The position numbers and the translations under genes were made by a program. Positions 39,235-43,674 of a DNA stretch of 43,674 bases are shown one piece after another. The notes below the pieces were generated by a model that saw nothing but the letters and a program-made list of their open reading frames with translations, had not been told where the DNA came from and did no database searches. Each line of letters begins with the position of its first letter. The stretch's first letter is position 1. The stretch spans positions 1 to 43,674 of the forward strand of contig DBFNYT010000067.1 of assembly GCA_048425625.1 (NCBI GenBank), written 5' to 3'. This DNA comes from Collinsella sp. GTDB lineage: Bacteria > Actinomycetota > Coriobacteriia > Coriobacteriales > Coriobacteriaceae.

Positions 39235-40575
39235 GTGAAGACCCTTAGTTCTCTTGTAAAGCGCTCCGCGCAACTGACCACCGGCATTGCCTGCGCTCTC
39301 GCCCTTGCTGCCGGTGCGCCGTCTATCGCCAATGCCCAGGTGCTTACGACCGATATCGTTTGCGGTAAGACCGCCGACGCCCGCGGCATCACGGCCGATA
39401 ATCTGCCCGATATCGATGCGACCAACGCCATCGTCATGAGTAAGGACGGTTCCATCTATTACGCCCGCAGTGCCGACGAGCAGGTCAAGATCGCCTCAAT
39501 CACCAAGGTCATGACCGCAATCTTGACCATCGAGAACTGCAAGATGGACGAGAAGGTCACGGTGAGCAGCGCCGCGGCAACCGTGGGCAATTCGACCGCC
39601 GGCCTGCTCGAAGGCGACGAGCTCACAGTGGAACAGGCCCTGCGCGGTCTGATGATTCCCTCGGGCAATGACGCCGCCATCGTGCTTGCCGAGCATGTGG
39701 GCAAAAAGATCGACCCCAAGACCAAAGATGCTGAGGCCACGTTTGTCAAGGCCATGAACGAGCGCGCTAAAGAGCTCGGCTGCACGGGAACTCTTTTTGA
39801 GAATCCGCACGGTCTGGACTTTGATGAGTGGGCCGGCGACATGCACTCGACCGCGCACGATGCGGCCCTGATGATGCAGGAAGCAATGAAGAGCGATGCG
39901 TTCCGCGAGATCGTGGCGAGCGATGATTCCTGGATTGAGGTTACAGGCGCCGATGGCTCCGACCACTCACATTCAATGGATACGCACAACGAGCTGCTGG
40001 GGCAGGACGGCAATATCGGCGGCAAGACCGGCACTACCGACGATGCCGGCTACTGCTTTACGGCAGCCTACGACCGCGATGGCGACGAGACCTATACCGT
40101 CGTTTTGAACTCCAGCACCAACGACCAGCGCTTTGCCGACACGGCCGCCCTTGCCAACTGGTACTACGGCCACAAGGTGACGGTTGCGATCGCCAACACG
40201 CAGGAAAAGACCGCCAACGGCAATCCGCTCATCGCGCGCATAAGCCAGACCGACTGGACGGACAAGACGATCGACGCCACACTCGCCGATCCCGCAGCTC
40301 AGGCGACCATCTTTTCGCTTGCCGGAGAAGTAACCGAAAAGGTTGCCTACGATGACCTTTCGGGCACGGTGCATGTGGGCGACAAAGTAGGTAGCCTCAC
40401 GCTCAAACAAGACGGCATCAAGGTCGTTGTCACGGATTTGGTTGCCGATGAGGAAGGCTCGGGGCCGAATCCCATTGAATGGCTTCTTGTGAAGCTCGAC
40501 CGCCTGAGTCGTCGCATCGAAAACCGTCCGCTTGCGGCAGAAAGCGAAACCGTAGCCAAGGCACCCGAGGTGTAG
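39235..40575 (+). CDS. D-alanyl-D-alanine carboxypeptidase (peptidase S11) with signal peptide
   Basis: SxxK (ASITK), SxN (SGND), NPHGLD, KTG (GKTGTT); signal-peptide-like N-terminus. GTG start at 39235 is approximate. Confidence 0.9.
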   Translation: MKTLSSLVKRSAQLTTGIACALALAAGAPSIANAQVLTTDIVCGKTADARGITADNLPDIDATNAIVMSKDGSIYYARSADEQVKIASITKVMTAILTIENCKMDEKVTVSSAAATVGNSTAGLLEGDELTVEQALRGLMIPSGNDAAIVLAEHVGKKIDPKTKDAEATFVKAMNERAKELGCTGTLFENPHGLDFDEWAGDMHSTAHDAALMMQEAMKSDAFREIVASDDSWIEVTGADGSDHSHSMDTHNELLGQDGNIGGKTGTTDDAGYCFTAAYDRDGDETYTVVLNSSTNDQRFADTAALANWYYGHKVTVAIANTQEKTANGNPLIARISQTDWTDKTIDATLADPAAQATIFSLAGEVTEKVAYDDLSGTVHVGDKVGSLTLKQDGIKVVVTDLVADEEGSGPNPIEWLLVKLDRLSRRIENRPLAAESETVAKAPEV

Positions 40576-40633
40576 GATCGAAGAACAATACGCTCGCTGA
40601 AAGGAGACGTCCGAAAGGATGCCTCCTTTTTGA

Positions 40634-40655
40634 GGGTTCGAATCCCCAGCCGCCA
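40634..40655 (+). repeat. Inverted partial copy of the tRNA-Ser 3' end
   Basis: GGGTTCGAATCCCCAGC-CGCCA versus the tRNA's GGGTTCGAATCCCCAGC-TCTC-CGCCA, in opposite orientation. Confidence 0.8.
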
Positions 40656-40664
40656 TTCTTGATA

Positions 40665-40692
40665 ATAAAAAAGGGCCCCAAATGGGACCCTT
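40665..40692 (-). terminator. Probable terminator after tRNA-Ser
   Basis: A-run followed by the agggcccca-aa-tgggaccct hairpin; U-tract on the minus strand. Confidence 0.55.
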
Positions 40693-40706
40693 CTACAAAT
40701 TCATAC

Positions 40707-40797
40707 TGGCGGAGAGCTGGGGATTCGAACCCCAGATGCCCTTTTGGGGCATACTCGCTTAGCAGGCGAGCACCTTCGGCCTCTCGGTCAGCTCTCC
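40707..40797 (-). tRNA. tRNA-Ser (anticodon GCT)
   Basis: Minus strand reads GGAGAGCTGACCGAGAGGCCGAAGGTG CTCGC-CTGCTAA-GCGAG, long variable arm, GGTTCGAATCC T-loop, acceptor ending GCCA. Confidence 0.97.
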
Positions 40798-40891
40798 GTA
40801 ACAGCCGTTCTATAGTAACCAAACAGCCGAAGTTGAGCAAGAGGGAATTTTCTAATTGCCTAGCGGCCTTTCCTCCTTGCAGTTTTCGCCC

Positions 40892-43333
40892 CTACCCCAG
40901 CGAGCGATTGAGGGAGCCGAGCTCATCGTTGCCCATGGTGCGCCACATTTGGAAGATGCAGACGCGCGCCAGGAAAAAGAAGCCGCTATCGACCAACTGC
41001 ACGGCAGCATCCGCCAGCTGGTTGGCCACGGCGGACACGGGAGGCAATTCAAGCCCAGCCTTGCGGATGGTCTCGACGGCCTCCTCAAACGTCGGAGGCT
41101 CATTGACACCCATCTCATTCATAAGGCCCTGCATTTCCTCCAGTGCGTTGCTACCCGACTCCTCGCCGCGCGGTACCAGGCGGTAGCATGCCAGCGCGAG
41201 CTCGAGCTGGTCGCAGTTCCAATAGGCAAACGCCAAGCGATAGAACAGATAACCGATTGCGGAACGGTCGCTGGCAATGCGCAGGCCGTGGCGCGCCACC
41301 TCGATAATCTCGTCAAAGCGTTCCAGGCGCGCCAACACGTTGATGAGCGCAAAGTGCGATTGCATGGACGAGCGAGCCAGATCGTAAAGACGACGCACCT
41401 CGGGCAATGCCCGTTCAAAATCCTCCTGATCGGCGTAATAACTGCAGATCTCGTGCTGAGCAAAGTAGAGCGCGTCGGGAGCGCGCAGGATGCGCACCGA
41501 GCGATCTTCCTCCATTACCGGCAGCACCATACGCACCAGCTGGTTGTCGCAAAACTGCGTCTGAACCGGACCCGTTGCCAAAAGCTCGGCGACGGCGCAC
41601 TTTGCCTCCAGCTCCTCAACAAGACGGGAGAAGCCCTCAAACGCACTTGCATGGTCAACTTTTACCTGCTCGCGCAACTCAACGACGCGCGCCACATACG
41701 GGTCATCGTCCTCCTCCATGACCTCTAGCTCATCAGCCGTATCGGCAAGCAGCAGGTCGCGCAACGCCGGCGGCAGCGAACGGTGGTCGTCACGCGGGCG
41801 AGCGTGAACCTCCGCAGGCTCAATCGCATCCGGTGCGTCCGACTCATATGCCTCAAGCATGCGCTTGCACGGCATATCGTCCATGTCCATGCTCTCAAGA
41901 TCCTTGGCGACAGGCACGCAATTGGCCAGATAGGCCGCACGCCCAAAGGAATATGTTGCAATGACGCGCTCGCCCCGCTCGCCGTCGGGAGCCGCAATCT
42001 GAACATAGCAGCGCGAAATGCAGGCACCTGCGGCAAAACACGCCGCCGCAAGCGTAAGCGCCACGCGCGCGTCGTGCTCCGCGGCCCAAGTCGCGCGCAT
42101 GTCCACGTCTAGCTCGCGCCAGACGTCATCCTGAGCGTCGTATTCACGTTGCGGCATGGCATCCACGACAGAGCGCCCAAACCGAACGAGCATAATCCCC
42201 TCGGCAACGTTTGCCCGATAGGTATAGTCGAGCCGTGTGACCACGTTGAGTGCCTCGACGATATGCGCGAAGCGGGTGCGCACGTCCCACTCACCGCCCG
42301 GCTGACAAGTCACCGTCCCCGGTTTGGCCCATGGGTTATCGCTCGAGGTCGTATCGAGCAGTCGAGGAACATCGTTGGTCGTCTTGGCAATATGCCACGC
42401 GTCAAAGAGCGCACAACCCTCAAAGCTCGGCGAGGACGCCGCGGGGACCAATCCAGCCCCAATGCGCTCAAGGATGCCGGAGAGGCGGTTGAGATGGCAC
42501 TCGACGGCAAGCAGCATGTCAATCTCGTCCTGGTCCAGCAGACTACGATCAAAATTGAGATAGAAAAGCTTTGAGCGGTCGATGCGCGCTAGGCTCATTT
42601 CGGACTTGGCAGCAATGGTGCGCAGGCGGGGCAAGTCAATCTCGCTCATCAGGGCGGCGGCATAACGCTCGATACCGCTCGGATTCTCGGCATGGTCAAC
42701 ACGGTAAAGCAGCGTCTCGATAGCATCGGGGAGCGGCGCCGTGTCAAAGCCCAAAAACACCTCGACCGGCTCGGGCAACTTTACGAGTTTGATCTTGTCG
42801 ACAGCGTTTTGCATGTCTGCATCGAGACCGTCGACGCCCGCCGTGTTCGCAATAGTGCTTTCGGAGTTGGCAAATATCACGTAGCGCAAGAACATCGAGG
42901 CCATAAACTCGCCGTAAGGAAGGGCGCGGGTCGAATTCCATGTCTCGAGGTCGGACTGCTCGCGCATGGGGCCTTCGGGAGAGCCGGCAGTTCGCGCACA
43001 CGCGCGCATTGCTCCGTTGGCCTCCCTCACCATAATCTCGCCAATACTGGAATCGGACTCGTGAAGGACCAGCTCCATGTCGGGGTCCTCGGGCAACGGT
43101 GCTTCCCGAACAGGGCGGTCAACCTTATAAACCTTGCCCGACACGCTCACGTAGCCCAAGAGCGATATGTGGCTTTTGCCGACGAATTCGACGACGTAGC
43201 ACGACTCTTTAGGATCCTCGCCAAAGACTTTCCAGACAACACCATACGAGCGCCCCGCAGGCTGCTCGGGCATCGATGGAAAACGCTTTTTGGGATCGAA
43301 AAACCTGAGCTTGTATGTCGGACGCTCTGCCAC
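40892..43333 (-). CDS. Large hypothetical protein (813 aa) with a C-terminal TPR-like helical region
   Basis: Long ORF. The C-terminus shows TPR-like patterns (FALINVLARLERFDEIIEVARHGL; YRLAFAYWNCDQLELALACYRL). No catalytic motif recognised. Confidence 0.7.
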   Translation of the reverse strand: MAERPTYKLRFFDPKKRFPSMPEQPAGRSYGVVWKVFGEDPKESCYVVEFVGKSHISLLGYVSVSGKVYKVDRPVREAPLPEDPDMELVLHESDSSIGEIMVREANGAMRACARTAGSPEGPMREQSDLETWNSTRALPYGEFMASMFLRYVIFANSESTIANTAGVDGLDADMQNAVDKIKLVKLPEPVEVFLGFDTAPLPDAIETLLYRVDHAENPSGIERYAAALMSEIDLPRLRTIAAKSEMSLARIDRSKLFYLNFDRSLLDQDEIDMLLAVECHLNRLSGILERIGAGLVPAASSPSFEGCALFDAWHIAKTTNDVPRLLDTTSSDNPWAKPGTVTCQPGGEWDVRTRFAHIVEALNVVTRLDYTYRANVAEGIMLVRFGRSVVDAMPQREYDAQDDVWRELDVDMRATWAAEHDARVALTLAAACFAAGACISRCYVQIAAPDGERGERVIATYSFGRAAYLANCVPVAKDLESMDMDDMPCKRMLEAYESDAPDAIEPAEVHARPRDDHRSLPPALRDLLLADTADELEVMEEDDDPYVARVVELREQVKVDHASAFEGFSRLVEELEAKCAVAELLATGPVQTQFCDNQLVRMVLPVMEEDRSVRILRAPDALYFAQHEICSYYADQEDFERALPEVRRLYDLARSSMQSHFALINVLARLERFDEIIEVARHGLRIASDRSAIGYLFYRLAFAYWNCDQLELALACYRLVPRGEESGSNALEEMQGLMNEMGVNEPPTFEEAVETIRKAGLELPPVSAVANQLADAAVQLVDSGFFFLARVCIFQMWRTMGNDELGSLNRSLG

Positions 43334-43425
43334 GAAATATCACCCTGATCGGTCGTCTAGAGAAGGAGCGGTCGCGGATGGGCCGCGACACCTACTCGGA
43401 ATCTTACACGAGTCGATAAGAAATA

Positions 43426-43674
43426 GTCCGCTTCACGCTCGCGCCTCGACCGAGGTTCGAATCCATGCATGGTTGTCAAAAAGAAAAGCCCCCGTTTCCG
43501 GAGGCTTCAAGTTCAAATGGTGCGGCGTATAGGATTCCGCGCATCCGCTTCGCGGATCCGCACCGGCTTCGCCCGCCTGCCGGCGTGCTCGCCCGCTCGC
43601 TACGGACGCTCCGCGTCCGCTTCACGCTCGCGCCTCGACCGAGGTTCGAATCCATGCATGGTTGCCATAAAAGA
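43426..43674. repeat. Tandem structured repeat with 189-bp period containing tRNA-3'-end-like parts (runs off the window end)
   Basis: Identical 50-mer gtccgcttcacgctcgcgcctcgaccgaggttcgaatccatgcatggttg at 43426-43475 and 43615-43664. Between them are a terminator-like hairpin and tggtgcggcgtataggattc (minus strand ...GAATCCTATACGCCGCACCA). Confidence 0.85.

Noticed and set aside
43518..43660. Intact tRNA gene at the window end
   Set aside because: Only a 3'-end-like fragment and an oppositely oriented T-loop are present; no cloverleaf can be built.

Overview
A GC-rich bacterial chromosomal segment, mostly housekeeping and metabolic genes. Gene content and style suggest a gut Coriobacteriia (Collinsella-like) genome; this is inference. 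Left to right: a stand-alone AAA/STAND-like ATPase flanked by short repeat arrays; an OYE-family Fe-S flavoenzyme; a feoA-feoA-feoB iron-uptake cluster with DtxR-like boxes; HPr, aspS and serB; a nickel-pincer lactate racemase cluster (larB, N-terminal-only larC, TetR, then convergent larD-larA; no larE in the window); ppc and hisS; an internally deleted MFS gene, an M20 amidohydrolase and an EamA transporter; two YhgE/Pip genes; htpG and a GNAT; an orphan cpsC-cpsD-cpsB module; pstB with a PhoP/PhoR-like pair; a VanR/VanS-like pair divergent from a D,D-carboxypeptidase; tRNA-Ser(GCT); an 813-aa TPR-like protein. No transposase, integrase, cas gene or CRISPR array was seen. The least-explained signals are non-coding. 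(1) Two ~160-bp rod-like elements (12994-13151, 15790-15956) whose stems differ completely but keep the same fold, internal-loop motifs, a compensatory base pair and a C-GAA-G apical loop. (2) tRNA-3'-end-like inverted and tandem repeats (40634-40655; 43426-43674). (3) Repeat arrays on both sides of the ATPase gene.
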